Positions 1 through 10,425 are shown, counted from the first letter of the stretch. The stretch is 24,490 nucleotides of DNA from Octopus sinensis (GCF_006345805.1 NW_021836361.1:1-24490); one strand, 5' to 3'. A program made the numbers and translations. The notes: generated from the sequence alone by a model not told the origin.

Positions 1-236
1 CATTAAGCGAGAACTTATTAAGCACCGACTTGCTGCTGTCAGAAAGGTTACAAATTCAATGGATATGTCACCATATTGTATAAGAGCAGCATCGAAATTT
101 TTGGGATATGAAGTGAATGGTTGCTAGAGAGAAATCAACTAAAGAGTTCTACTACAAGGGAGATAAGTTTAAGTTGTCAATAATATTGTTTGACAAAAGT
201 CAATTCTGCCAGTTTTTCTAATTCAACATAAGTATA

Positions 237-388
237 TGTGGCTACCTGGTAAGGGGTTTGCTTTCCAACCACATGGTTCTAGGTTCAGTCACACTGCGCG
301 ACACCTTGGGCCAGTGTCTTCTACTATAGACTCGGGCCGACCAAAGCCTTGAGTGGATTTGGTTGGGGGAAACTGAAAGAAGCCGTCG

Positions 389-460
<72 letters not shown>

Positions 461-696
461 TATATCTATATATATGCGTATCTTTGTGTTTGTTCCACAC
501 TACCACTTGACAACCCGTGTTGGGTTTTATACGTCTCTGTATCTTAGAGCTTCGGCAAAAGAGAGCGGAACGATAGATTAAGCACCAGGTGTAAAAATAA
601 AGTATGGGGGCGGAGGGGCAATTCATTCAGCTAGAAGCATTCTCCAAGACAGTGCTCCAGCATGGCTGCAATCCAATGACTGAAACAAGTAAAAGA
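237..696 (+). mobile_element. tRNA-derived SINE family A with internal (TA)n tract, diverged full-length copy
   Basis: A-box-like TGGCTACCTGG, B-box-like GGTTCAGTCAC, CORE-like CCTTGGGCCAGTGTCTT, internal (TA)n ~388-475, tail GTGCTCCAGCATGGCTGCA..TGACTGAAACAAGTAAAAGA; colinear with 23827-24299. Confidence 0.9.
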
Positions 697-940
697 TGAT
701 AGATATGTTTAGAGCTAGAAAGCGGAAACAGTGAAAACTGGATTGTTTGTCAGGAACCGTTAAACATGGAATTATAATTTTGGAATTATAGTTTTGTGTT
801 AATAATTTATGCTTTGGATACTTATGGCAACCAGCACTACTGAATATGCCTGACTATTTAACTTCATCAAATTTTAAGTATTTTATTTTCGTTTTTGTAT
901 TTGGTTTGCAAGGTTCTTTATGTGAATTCGAGTGTTGAAG

Positions 941-1048
941 CATATTTTATTGTGTCTGGGGAGGGTCATCCTCTTTTCGTGCCTTATTAATTTAACACAC
1001 TCACCGGTCTGATTTCCACTCATTTACTTTTTATTTTTACTAAATTTC
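941..1048. repeat. Dispersed repeat fragment, copy 1 (unclassified; also at 5025-5131)
   Basis: ATATTTTATTGTGTCTGGGGAGGGTCATCC..GTGCCTTAT..AATTTAACACACTCACCGGT..ATTTCCACT aligns by eye, same orientation, with 5025-5131. Confidence 0.75.
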
Positions 1049-1102
1049 AAGTATTTTAGTTACTACACAATCACCCCTATTTTTGATAGTTTTCCTAAAT
1101 TA

Positions 1103-1627
1103 TTGAGTTGTCCAGAAAGTTCGTGCCGATTTATAGTAACTTACCTTTCGACTTATTTTAGAACATGGTTGAGTCCATAAAATATCTTTTCGTGGAAAAA
1201 GGTTTATGTTCCTATAACCTGTGTTAATTTTGTAACCCTTTAAAATGGAAGATAAGAAAGTTCATTTTCGGCACTTGATGCTTTGGGAAACAGACAAAAA
1301 TTGCTGCAGCTGGGCTGGGATGTATTACCCCACCCTCCATATTCACTAGATATTGCTCCTTCGGATTTCCACTTATTCAGGTCTCTGCAGAATAGGCTTA
1401 ATGGTAAAAATTTCAATTCCTTGGATGACGTAAAAAGATACCTTGATGAATTCTTTGCTATGAAACCCCCTCAATTCTGGGAAGAGGGTATTTTCAAGTT
1501 AAAGGAAAGATGGAGATGCATTGTGCAACAAAATGGTTTATATTTGGTTGATTAAAATGTAATGGTAAGTATTTATTGACCTTTTTCTTTCCTTTAAAAA
1601 TCGGCACGAACTTTCCGGACAACCCAA
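1103..1627 (+). mobile_element. Internally deleted mariner (Tc1/mariner) DNA transposon, 525 bp
   Basis: 30-bp TIRs 1103-1132 (TTGAGTTGTCCAGAAAGTTCGTGCCGATTT) and 1598-1627, 28/30 identical; TA target duplication at 1101-1102 and 1628-1629; transposase remnants inside. Confidence 0.96.
1245..1555 (+). pseudogene. Mariner transposase pseudogene: N-terminal 14-15 aa joined out of frame to the C-terminal ~88 aa
   Basis: ATG 1245 gives MEDKKVHFRHLMLWE (mariner-like N-terminus); the frame of 1283-1555 gives LGWDVLPHPPYSLDIAPSDFHLFRSLQ..GIFKLKERW..NGLYL (YSPDLAPSD motif). HTH region and first two catalytic Asp are missing. Confidence 0.93.
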
Positions 1628-1654
1628 TAGTTTTTCTTCTTGTTTTCGTTCATC

Positions 1655-2110
1655 CTTTCATTCATTCATTCATTCTTTCTTTCTTTCTTTCTTTCTTTTC
1701 TTTTCTTTTCTTACATGCTTTCCGGCATTCTATCTCGCCAAATCTTTTCTTGAACATTGGACATTCTCTCCCCTTCACTCACTCTATCCTTTCCCTCTCC
1801 TTCCCACTCTCTCCCTCTCTCTCCCATTCTCTTCCCTCCTTCTACTCCCTCCTCTCTTTCTATGAAAAAAATTTGATAAAACAATGCATGTCCCTGTCTC
1901 GTTTCCGACCATCTCAAATATCCTTTCATTTCAGACGACTTTCATCTTATTTCACCATCATCGTTCTCTACCACCCACATTCAAACTTTCCACTCCATTG
2001 CCATAAGACTTTACTTACCAACGTTCTTATTTAACTTATTGTCTTTCTTTAGGCCCCCCCTTCTTTCCCTCCTCCTCCTCTCCTCCTCCCGCCCTCCCTC
2101 CCTGCAACTG
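1655..2110. repeat. Pyrimidine-rich low-complexity region (TTCA, TTTC, CT, CCT repeats)
   Basis: Directly visible runs of ttca, ttct, ctct and cct. Confidence 0.8.
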
Positions 2111-2521
2111 TTTATCTTTATCACTCGCCTCTAATTGTCTTTAATGACAGTTTCTGTCCGTCGCTCCTTCTTTATTACATTAGTGGGAAGAAATCTTATC
2201 TGTTTTTCTCTCTGTCTTACTCGGTCCGGGAGAGTGGAGTTGGTGGGTGGGGGCGAAGAGGGAGGAGGCCTTATTTTATTTCTTATTTCTTATTTCTCTT
2301 AAACCCTTTACATCCTGTTTTAACCCACCCCATTTTTTTTATCACACTGTTTATTTTAACCTCTCACACGCTTCTTCATTCTTCATCTTCTCCTCCTCCT
2401 CCTCCTCCTCCTCCTTCTTCACAGTCATACATACTTATGTCATGGACCCAAAGATTCCTGAGGCAAAGTGATTTTTTAAAAAATAGCAATTCTTATGGTT
2501 CCTGTTGCTGCAGACAAATCT

Positions 2522-2640
2522 GTGATAGCTAGAAGCACACTTCGCTACCACATGATATCGAGTTCAATCCACAGCGCAGCACTTTGGGTAAGTGTTGCGT
2601 TGTGAGTGAAATTTAATAGGCATAACGCTGTGCAGACGTG
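2522..2640 (+). mobile_element. Degenerate SINE-A-like 5' head
   Basis: CCACATGATATCGAGTTCAATCCACAGCGCAGCACTTTGGGTAAGTGT..TTGTGAGTGAAATTT resembles the family A head; followed by (CA)n. Confidence 0.6.
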
Positions 2641-2666
2641 CACACACACACACACACGGAACAAAG

Positions 2667-2876
2667 GCACTTCTCGAATCATCGGTTCATGAGGCCGGCT
2701 TTGGGATTTTGTACTGACATCGGTCAGTTGCAGGATTGCTCATATTTGCCAGCCGAGTAAACCTGAGCAAGTTGAACCGAAGTGTTTCGCTCAAGAACAC
2801 AACGTGTCACCCGGCCCAGGAATCGAAACGGCAATCTTACGGTCATGGGTGCAACACCCTAACCACTAAGCCACGT
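2667..2876 (-). mobile_element. tRNA-derived SINE family C, tail variant C2
   Basis: Minus strand CGTGGCTTAGTGGTTAGGG (A box)..GTTTCGATTCC (B box)..GTTGTGTTCTTGAGCGAAACACTT..CTCGGCTGGCAAATATGAGC matches 6065-6195, then diverges. Confidence 0.85.
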
Positions 2877-2957
2877 TTGATGGTTTTTATTTTGAAATGG
2901 TTAGAGAAATAGGGTCAAGATTCCTTCCTTTGCTGGTTAATATTTTGTTTCTGGTAA

Positions 2958-3185
2958 AGGCGACGAGCTGGCAGAATCGTTAGCACGCCGGGTGAAATGC
3001 TTACCGGCATTTCGTCCGTCGCTACATTCTCAGTCCAAATTCCGCCAATGTTTACTTAGCCTTTCATCCTTTCGGTATCGGTAAACTAACTACCAGTTGA
3101 GCACCGGGGGTCGATGTAATCAATTTAAACCCACTACCACCACCTCTAAATTGCTGGCCTTGTGCCAAAATTTGAAACCAATATT
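2958..3185 (+). mobile_element. tRNA-derived SINE family B
   Basis: GGCGACGAGCTGGCAGAATCGTTAGCACGCCGGG..CAAATTCCGCC..GCCTTTCATCCTTTCGG..GGGGTCGATGTAATC..GGCCTTGTGCC, colinear with 14661-14879. Confidence 0.9.
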
Positions 3186-3410
3186 AACATTGTGGTGCAC
3201 CAGCATTTAAATCACAGCCACCCAGTCATTGACGTTGCTGTGTATCAACAATTGATTCACAGACACGGTTGTCTCGTTTTCGACGTTGTTGTGTATCAAC
3301 ATTTAAATTACATACGCCACCATTTTGCTACTAAAGTTGTTCTATGTCAATATTTGAACCACAGGCGTCATCATCTCCATTAGTGTTCTTTGCATTAAAG
3401 ATTACGTCAC
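3186..3410. repeat. Degenerate minisatellite, 4-5 units of 45-51 bp
   Basis: Core GACGTTGYTGTGTATCAACATTTAAATCACAG recurs at 3186, 3231, 3282, 3333 and weakly at ~3382. Confidence 0.75.
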
Positions 3411-3946
3411 AGATTTGTTTCAGCTTGTTCTTAAAACGTTGCTGCCACTTGTTTCCCGTTTTCGCTGATATTCCGCTAAATTAGTGATACTTAAAATTAT
3501 TTAATTAATCTTTAATTATTGCAAATATGTCTTTCAGTTACTATTTCGATTTCTGTTAGACAATAGGGGTAATTAATTTTATATTAGGTATGCATTTACG
3601 ATTATATTAATGTATGTTACAGCTGATTATCGTTGCAAATGAAGTATGTTATAGCTAAAGATTATTATAAATGCTATAAATGAAAGCTAATTGGCATTGT
3701 AGATGCCACACACCACGGCTGTTGGCCATTACTTCGTACATTATATATGATTCTCATTATAATTAAAGTATATATTAGTTATAATTGATTATAGTTTTGA
3801 AAATACAAATATAATTCCTAACGGAAATTTTAATGAGTGTAATAACAAAAAATATTTTTAGATAAAATAAATTAATATATAACACAATTTAAAGAAGAAC
3901 AAAAAGAAGTGAAAAACAACTATCTCAGTTTATGCGTGTCTACAGA

Positions 3947-3950
3947 TATA

Positions 3951-3986
<36 letters not shown>

Positions 3987-4056
3987 TGTATGTATGTATG
4001 TATGTATGTATGTATGTATGTGTGTATGTGTGTGTGTGTGTGTGTGTATGTGTGTG
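3947..4056. repeat. Compound microsatellite (TA)n(TATG)n(TG)n
   Basis: Directly visible. Confidence 0.97.
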
Positions 4057-4059
4057 ATA

Positions 4060-4735
4060 CCTTTCAGGCGGTATTATAGGTGAATATATTTAATCACTTG
4101 TCAGCCCGAGGATTACTATGTGGTCTAATAGCCGAATTCAGACACGTATTTTTTTCTCCATTGTTTTTCTTCTCATCTATCGTTTATGTAGAAGGGCGTA
4201 GACTCGAAACGTTAAAGACTTCTCTCATTCTTTTTGAGCGTTAAAGTAATACAACTCTGCTTTTTGTTCTATCACCCTGTAACTGTGTTTTTTTTTTTAC
4301 TGTTTTTAGCCCGGTGGACAGGTCAGTTTTAGCTTCCCTACTATTATAATGTAAACCTTTTTGAACTCATAATATTCTGTGCGTGTATACCAATATTCCA
4401 CTGAACTTTTTAATAATTCCTTCTGGAAACTATCTCTAACATATTCTTGAGAATGCATAATGTATTTGAGAATGTTGTAATCTTTTGTGCCCAATATTTT
4501 AAGGAACTTGTTAAACATTTTTTATGTCCTTCACATGTTCTTGTTACCAAAGACTGTATATATGAAATGTAACATTTTGTAACAACCAGTAATTAACGCA
4601 ACCAAACTTTTATATGTTACTTTTGACAATCTTTTTCCAAAGAGTGAAACCGGTAAAGTAAATAAACATCTTTTAAAATTGCATTTTCAAACCTTTCGTA
4701 TATAATTCCACTCGTGCGGTACCCTACAACTCCAC
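4060..4735 (+). mobile_element. Probable Penelope-like element terminal (pLTR) remnants with two decayed hammerhead-like motifs
   Basis: GAAGGGCGTAGACTCGAAACGTTA at ~4190-4214, and TTACTT-TTGACAA-TCTTT/AAAGA-GAAA-CCGGT-A-AAGTAA at 4617-4661; flanked by microsatellites. No clear ORF. Confidence 0.45.
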
Positions 4736-4834
4736 TTTGTTATATATATATAATATATTAATAAATAAAACATATGCATATATATATACATATATGTACG
4801 TACCTACCTCTACATGTATATATACACGCATATA

Positions 4835-5018
4835 TGAGTACAGGACACCAAAAAAACGTCGAACACAATGAGAAACGAAAACATAGACACAAACCCAAGT
4901 GACTGGACATTTTTCTTAAACAACAAAAAAATAGAGTATAGGACAAATAACACAAGGAAAAAACCCCTTATTCAGTCTCCATGGTTTCATCTACTCTACG
5001 TTTCGAAGGTGAAGGCGA
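4835..5018 (-). mobile_element. Repeat fragment between TA tracts, possibly a Penelope-like pLTR end
   Basis: Minus strand begins TCGCCTTCACCTTCGAAACGTAGAGTAG (3' half of a hammerhead-like motif) followed by a T-rich tail; bounded by (TA)n on both sides. Confidence 0.35.
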
Positions 5019-5024
5019 TATATA

Positions 5025-5131
5025 TATTCTGTTGTGTCTGGGGAGAGTCATTCTTCTTTAGTGCCTTATAATTTAACTCACTCACTGGTAAAATTTCCAC
5101 TTATTTCTTATTTTAATTTTTCTAAAATCTT
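5025..5131. repeat. Dispersed repeat fragment, copy 2 (homologous to 941-1048)
   Basis: Direct alignment by eye to 941-1048. Confidence 0.75.
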
Positions 5132-5184
5132 CGTTGCGTCTTGCAACCTTTTCAATAGTTTTGACTTTCTCTCTATATATAAAA

Positions 5185-5577
5185 CTAGCAGTATCGCCCG
5201 GCGTTGCTCGGGTTTGTAAGGGAAATAACTATATAAGCATTTTTAGAGATGTAAAGTATAATAGCCATCTCAATATGGCTAACCACAAAGGGAGGGTGTT
5301 ACTGTAGCTTTTTACGTTCTGAGATTTAATAATAAATTTTTAGAGAGTTACTTCCCATATATATGCCAAAAATGCATTAAAAATGGGAAAAATTTTTTAA
5401 ATCGTAGGCTCATCGTAGACGCGCGCCAATACCCAGAAGGGCTCGATATTAATCATGGCTATAACCCGGTTTTGGTTAACCCGGTTTTGGTTAAACTGCA
5501 CCGCAAAATGTGGGAGTAGTTAGGAATCTAAATCGTAGGAGACAGACAGCACACAACCTTACTTTTATATATAAAGA
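5185..5577 (-). mobile_element. Non-autonomous Helitron, 393 bp
   Basis: Minus strand starts TCTTTATATATAAAAG (5577) and ends CTAG (5185), with GC hairpin CCCGAGCAACGCCGGG (5197-5212) 8 nt before CTAG; inserted between A (5578) and T (5184) with no TSD. All canonical Helitron hallmarks are present. Confidence 0.92.
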
Positions 5578-5783
5578 TATGATTTCTTTTACGTATTATC
5601 AGAATTTAATATAATGAAATGTTAGGCAATTATAGAGCGTAATATTAATTGATGAATGGCAAGGGGACTGGTATTATGTAATCAATTTCAGCAGCTTGCA
5701 GCTGTTTCTACTATAAGCTGCAGTACACTCAGAGGTGAGTACTTGTGCAGCATCTAATAGCTTCCTCTCAGCCAAACAACGTA

Positions 5784-6018
5784 TTGGGTTGTCAAATAAA
5801 TTCATTCGTTTCGTTAATATCATTTGAATTAAGCAGAAATTATTTTTATAACTGTATTTTATATACTTTTTGCAGCTATATTCTTCCTCCACAATTCATT
5901 TCTCGTATTTGAAATTTGGTAAATAACTGCAATAAATAAATAAATATGTGCTCGGAATATAAATGAAAAGCTAAAACGAAAACAAAAACAAAACAAACGA
6001 ATTTATCTGGCAACCCAA
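5784..6018. mobile_element. Tc1/mariner-type MITE, 235 bp
   Basis: 28-bp TIRs TTGGGTTGTCAAATAAATTCATTCGTTT (5784-5811) and 5991-6018, 24/28 identical; TA at 5782-5783 and 6019-6020; AT-rich non-coding interior. Confidence 0.9.
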
Positions 6019-6064
6019 TATTTAGTGCCCTTTTCTTTCGTTGTATATATATATATATATGTGA

Positions 6065-6373
6065 AGGCGCGTGACTTAGTGGTTAGGGCATTCGGCTCAT
6101 GATCGTGAGTTCGATTCCCGGCGACGCGTTGTGTCCTTGAGCAAGACACTTTATTTCACATTGCTCCAGTCCACTCAGCTGGCAAAAATGAGTAGTACTT
6201 GTATTTCAAAGGGCCAGCCTTGTCACACTGTGTCATGCTGAATCTCCCTGAGAACTACGTTAAGGGCACACGTGTCTGTGGAGTGTTCAGCCAGTTGCAC
6301 GTTAATTTCACGAGCAAGCTGTTCCGTTGATCGTATCAGCTGGGACCCTCGTCGTCGTAATCAACGGAGTGCT
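6065..6373 (+). mobile_element. tRNA-derived SINE family C, tail variant C1, apparently full length
   Basis: A box TGACTTAGTGG, B box GAGTTCGATTCC, CORE-like TGTGTCCTTGAGCAAGACACTT; sits between TA/TG tracts. Confidence 0.88.
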
Positions 6374-6443
6374 CCTCTATATGTATGTGTATATAGAAAA
6401 ACATGTGTGTGTATATATATATATATATATAATATATATATAT

Positions 6444-6896
6444 TCTTTTGTTTCAGTCATTTGACTGCGGCCGTGCTGGAGCACCGCCTTTAGTCGAACA
6501 GATCGACCCAAGGACTCATTCTTTGTAAACCTAGTACATATTCTATTGATTTCTTTTTTCCGAACCGCTACGTTACGGGGACGTAAACACACCAACATCG
6601 GTTGTCAAGTGATGGTGGTGGCAGTGGTGATGTTGGGACAAACAGACACAGTGGATTTGGTAGATGGAAACTGGAAGAAGCCCACCGTATATATAAATAT
6701 ATGTGTGTGTGTATGTATGCACACACACACGCACACACACACGCACACATATATATATACGATGGGCTTCTTCCAGTTTCCGTCTACCAAATCCACTCAC
6801 AAAGCTTTGGTCGGCCAGAGGCTATAGTAGAAGCCACCGGCCAAAGGTGTCACGCAGTGGGACTGAACCCGGAACTATATGGTTGGTAAGTAAGCT
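6444..6896 (-). mobile_element. SINE family A with an internal inverted duplication
   Basis: Reverse complement of 23845-24270 throughout, except for an extra sense-oriented 45-bp block at 6651-6695. Confidence 0.93.
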
Positions 6897-6907
6897 TATT
6901 TTTTATG

Positions 6908-7662
6908 TGTTTCAGTCATTAGACTGTGGTCATGCTGGGGCACAGCCTTGAAGAGTTTTTTGTCGAATGAATTGACCCCACTGGATTTTTAAAGCCTGAT
7001 ACTTATTTGATCGATCACTTTTGTCGAAACGCTGAGGTACTGAGACGTAAACGAACCGCCTCCGTTTGTTAAGTGGTGGCGGACAAAAACAGATACAAAG
7101 ACACACAGACGCCGCTCACACACACACACACTCATATGTACATACATGCATACATACGCGCACGTGTATATATTATATATATATATATATTATATATATA
7201 TATAGATTTATATATATATATATATATATATATAGATATATATATATAAGGTTATATATATATATATATAATATATATATATATATGTATGTAATATATA
7301 AATATAGTGTACTTCCGTGATGGTAAGATCAATGGAAAAAGCACACCTCTGGTGAGAGATAAGTATCATTTAATAAACAATATATGTTTTTATGTGCTAC
7401 TATGAGTTTCATGTGATGAGAGCATGCAAAACAATATTTTGAACGCGTCTGGTGTCCTAGCACAATCGTCAGGTACTATCCACATGACATAACAAACTAT
7501 CGTCTCATCTTTAGTTTGTTATGTCACGTGAGTAGAACCTGAAGATTGTGGTAGGTCACCATACGTGTTAAAAATACTACCTGACATGCTCTCAGCATAT
7601 GAAACTAATAGCAAGCACATAAAAACATATATGTGTTTATTATATAATATATATACATATAC

Positions 7663-7693
<31 letters not shown>

Positions 7694-7900
7694 TATATAT
7701 AGATAATATAATATATATAATATATATATATACAAACATATATGATGAACTTCTTTCAGTTTCTATCTTCCAAAACAGTCAGAAAGCTCTGGTGGTCTGA
7801 GGCTAGAGTAGAAGACACTTGACCAAGATGCATACAGTGAGACTGAAGTCAGAACCATGTGAAAGGAAGTATACTTCTTGTCATGCAACCACGCTGGCGT
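6908..7900 (-). mobile_element. Older SINE family A copy split by an expanded (TA)n and an inserted element
   Basis: 3' half 6908-7110 (GTTTCAGTCATTAGACTGTGGTCATGCTGGGGCACAGCC..); 5' half 7744-7900 (CTTCTTTCAGTTTC..AGTAGAAGACACTTGACCAAG..). Confidence 0.85.
7371..7642. repeat. Long imperfect inverted repeat (arms 7371-7499 and 7512-7642, 12-nt loop), probable inverted Penelope-like pLTR pair
   Basis: TAATAAACA..TTTTTATGTGCT..GAGAGCATG..TGACATAACAAACTA is the reverse complement of the right arm; each arm carries CTGA(A/C)GA-TTGTG..CAC..ACGYGT. Confidence 0.9.
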
Positions 7901-8709
7901 ATATATATATAGCCACGCCCATGCCTGTATGTGTATGTATGAAAGGTTATGAAAATATTTTGGTTAATTAGATAAATATATTCTATCTATTTCATGAATT
8001 ACTACGCCAAGGAAGGGATGTAACAGATTGTACACCTTCTTAAATTTCTTCTTTACTTTTGACTTATTTCAGCTTTGTCAACGAGTAATAGTCTCAATTG
8101 TAAGCCAAATATATATCTTCCTTCTCAGATATTAACGATATATTATTTAGATTATGTAAGTCTCTACGAATTCAACCTGTATATAAGAAATAATACAGAC
8201 AATAAATATATTCAATTCTTGAAAATGAGACTGTGAAGCTCTGGAAATATCGAATATGAATTTCGAAACTTTATTGCTTTATTGATCCAAACCAATTTTA
8301 AAGAAACTAATAAGAAAATCTGAAAAAGTTAAGACAAACCTTCAATACATTCATTAATTTAATTAATTTTGTATACATATATGAAATACGCAAATACAAT
8401 TGTATATACATACACATTTAAGTGTATGTGAACAAGCATATATATTCTAAACATTTGATGATCCACACGTATTTTGAAGTTTCCCACACACAATCAGCAT
8501 TTACATGCCTTCCATGGATGGAGATACAGCCACACATAAATACAAACACAAAGATTCCTTGTTTATATTCTAGAACAAAAAGCGTGCTCACTGCAGTCCT
8601 GTGGCCAAATGGAAGTGTATAAACAGTGTAAATATATACTTATATATTTATACAAATGAGGTTCTGAACGAAGTGAATGTTTTAAACAAAGCTTACAAAC
8701 AAGGAATTA

Positions 8710-8740
8710 AATATATATATATGTATATATATCTTATATA

Positions 8741-8782
<42 letters not shown>

Positions 8783-8987
8783 GTGTGTGTGTGTTGGGTG
8801 TGGGTGGGCGAGTGGGTGTATTTAAAAAATGCGCAAAATGACAGGAAATAAATAAAGGGTTTGGATCATAAATATATAACTGTAGGGAAAATATATTTGG
8901 GCTGACATATATGAGATGAAAATACTTGTATATGAGTGTGTGTGTGTTTGTGCGTGTGCGTATGCCTGTATCTACGTATGTAGTATG

Positions 8988-9021
<34 letters not shown>

Positions 9022-9042
9022 TGTATGTATGTATGTACGTAC

Positions 9043-9076
<34 letters not shown>

Positions 9077-9561
9077 GTAGTATGTACGAGTGTGTCTATA
9101 TGTGTGAGTGTGTATGTTTGTGTGTGTGTGTATTCATACACGCATAAGCCTGCATATATGTACGCATGTGCACATGCATGTATACATGTGTGTTCTTCTA
9201 CATGCATGCATGTAGGCATGTGTATAGATAACTGCGTAATTAAATCTACATTGGTCTACCGTAAGTTTATACGCATTGAGCTATTCACAAACACACACAC
9301 ACATGCATACACATACGCAAGCACAAGCAGATATAGATATTTATTTTCACATACACACTCACACACACACACGAACATCACGCTTAGATATGCAGTTGGA
9401 CACATTTGAACAAAGAGTAACGTTTTTTCAATTTTTGCTAATATAATGAAACAAGAAAATTAAATATATGCATATATATATATATGTTGTGTGTGTGTGG
9501 TGTATGCACACACATATAATATATACGTTAATATATATATATGCATACATATATAGATATG

Positions 9562-9599
<38 letters not shown>

Positions 9600-9776
9600 T
9601 AGACACACACACATATATATTATATATTATGTATATATGTTATATATATATATATAATATATATATATATATTATACACAATATATTATATATGTGTATA
9701 TTGCATTGTGTGTATATTGTTATACCCATGCATCTCTGTCTGTCTTTCCGTCTGCGTGTATGTATATATATATATG

Positions 9777-9816
<40 letters not shown>

Positions 9817-10040
9817 CGCACACTCACACACACGCACACACGCACGCATGTGCGTTTGTGTGTGTGTATGTGTGTACTGGAGTGCTAGTATGTGCGGATT
9901 TATCCGTGTGCATATGCACGTAAGTATGTATATATATATTTATGTAAGTATGTATATATGTACATATGTGTGCATGTATTTACATGTGTGTTTACGGCTG
10001 TTTCAATGCACGTGTGCATGTATGCGCTCCTGCGTGTGTA
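8710..10040. repeat. Compound alternating purine-pyrimidine microsatellite field (TA, TG, CA, TATG)
   Basis: Directly visible, with short unique spacers. Confidence 0.93.
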
Positions 10041-10270
10041 TTTAAATATAAAAGAAGCCGATGAGAATTAATGGAATTAGAAAAAAGAAACAAAACAAAG
10101 AAAAAAGAAAGAAACAAGCAAATGCTAAAATGAACTATTTTTGCTGGAAATGTCGTGATTCCGGCTTGAAAATGTTATTTATTTTGCATTTCATTTGAAA
10201 CGGTGGAGAGAAATAAATTTGAAAAGTGTCAGTATATATTAGCAATAATTAAATCTTTAGAAACAGATTA

Positions 10271-10272
10271 GG

Positions 10273-10346
<74 letters not shown>

Positions 10347-10425
10347 GAGAAAGAAGAGAGAGAGAGATGGAGAGAGAGAAAAAGAAAGAAAGAGAGAGAG
10401 AGAAAGAGAAAGAAAGAGAGAGAGA
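10271..10425. repeat. (GA)n / (GAAA)n polypurine microsatellite
   Basis: Directly visible. Confidence 0.97.

Noticed and set aside
1576-2034. 152-aa hydrophobic ORF
   Set aside because: Starts in the mariner right end and reads through CT-rich low-complexity sequence.
2370-2472. Polypyrimidine tract plus CACAG acceptor and possible GTGATT donor (micro-exon)
   Set aside because: Weak donor, no recognisable peptide, no partner exons.
3645-3700. CTAAAGA..TTATA/TATAA..GAAAGCTA hammerhead-like motif
   Set aside because: Core mutated and no stem I; expected by chance in very AT-rich DNA.
6065-6125. tRNA gene-like heads here and in the SINE A and B copies
   Set aside because: A and B boxes are present, but there is no complete cloverleaf and each continues into a SINE body.
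10055-10256. Possible enhancer (TAAT-rich unique sequence; similar at 2130-2200)
   Set aside because: Cannot be supported without conservation or chromatin data.
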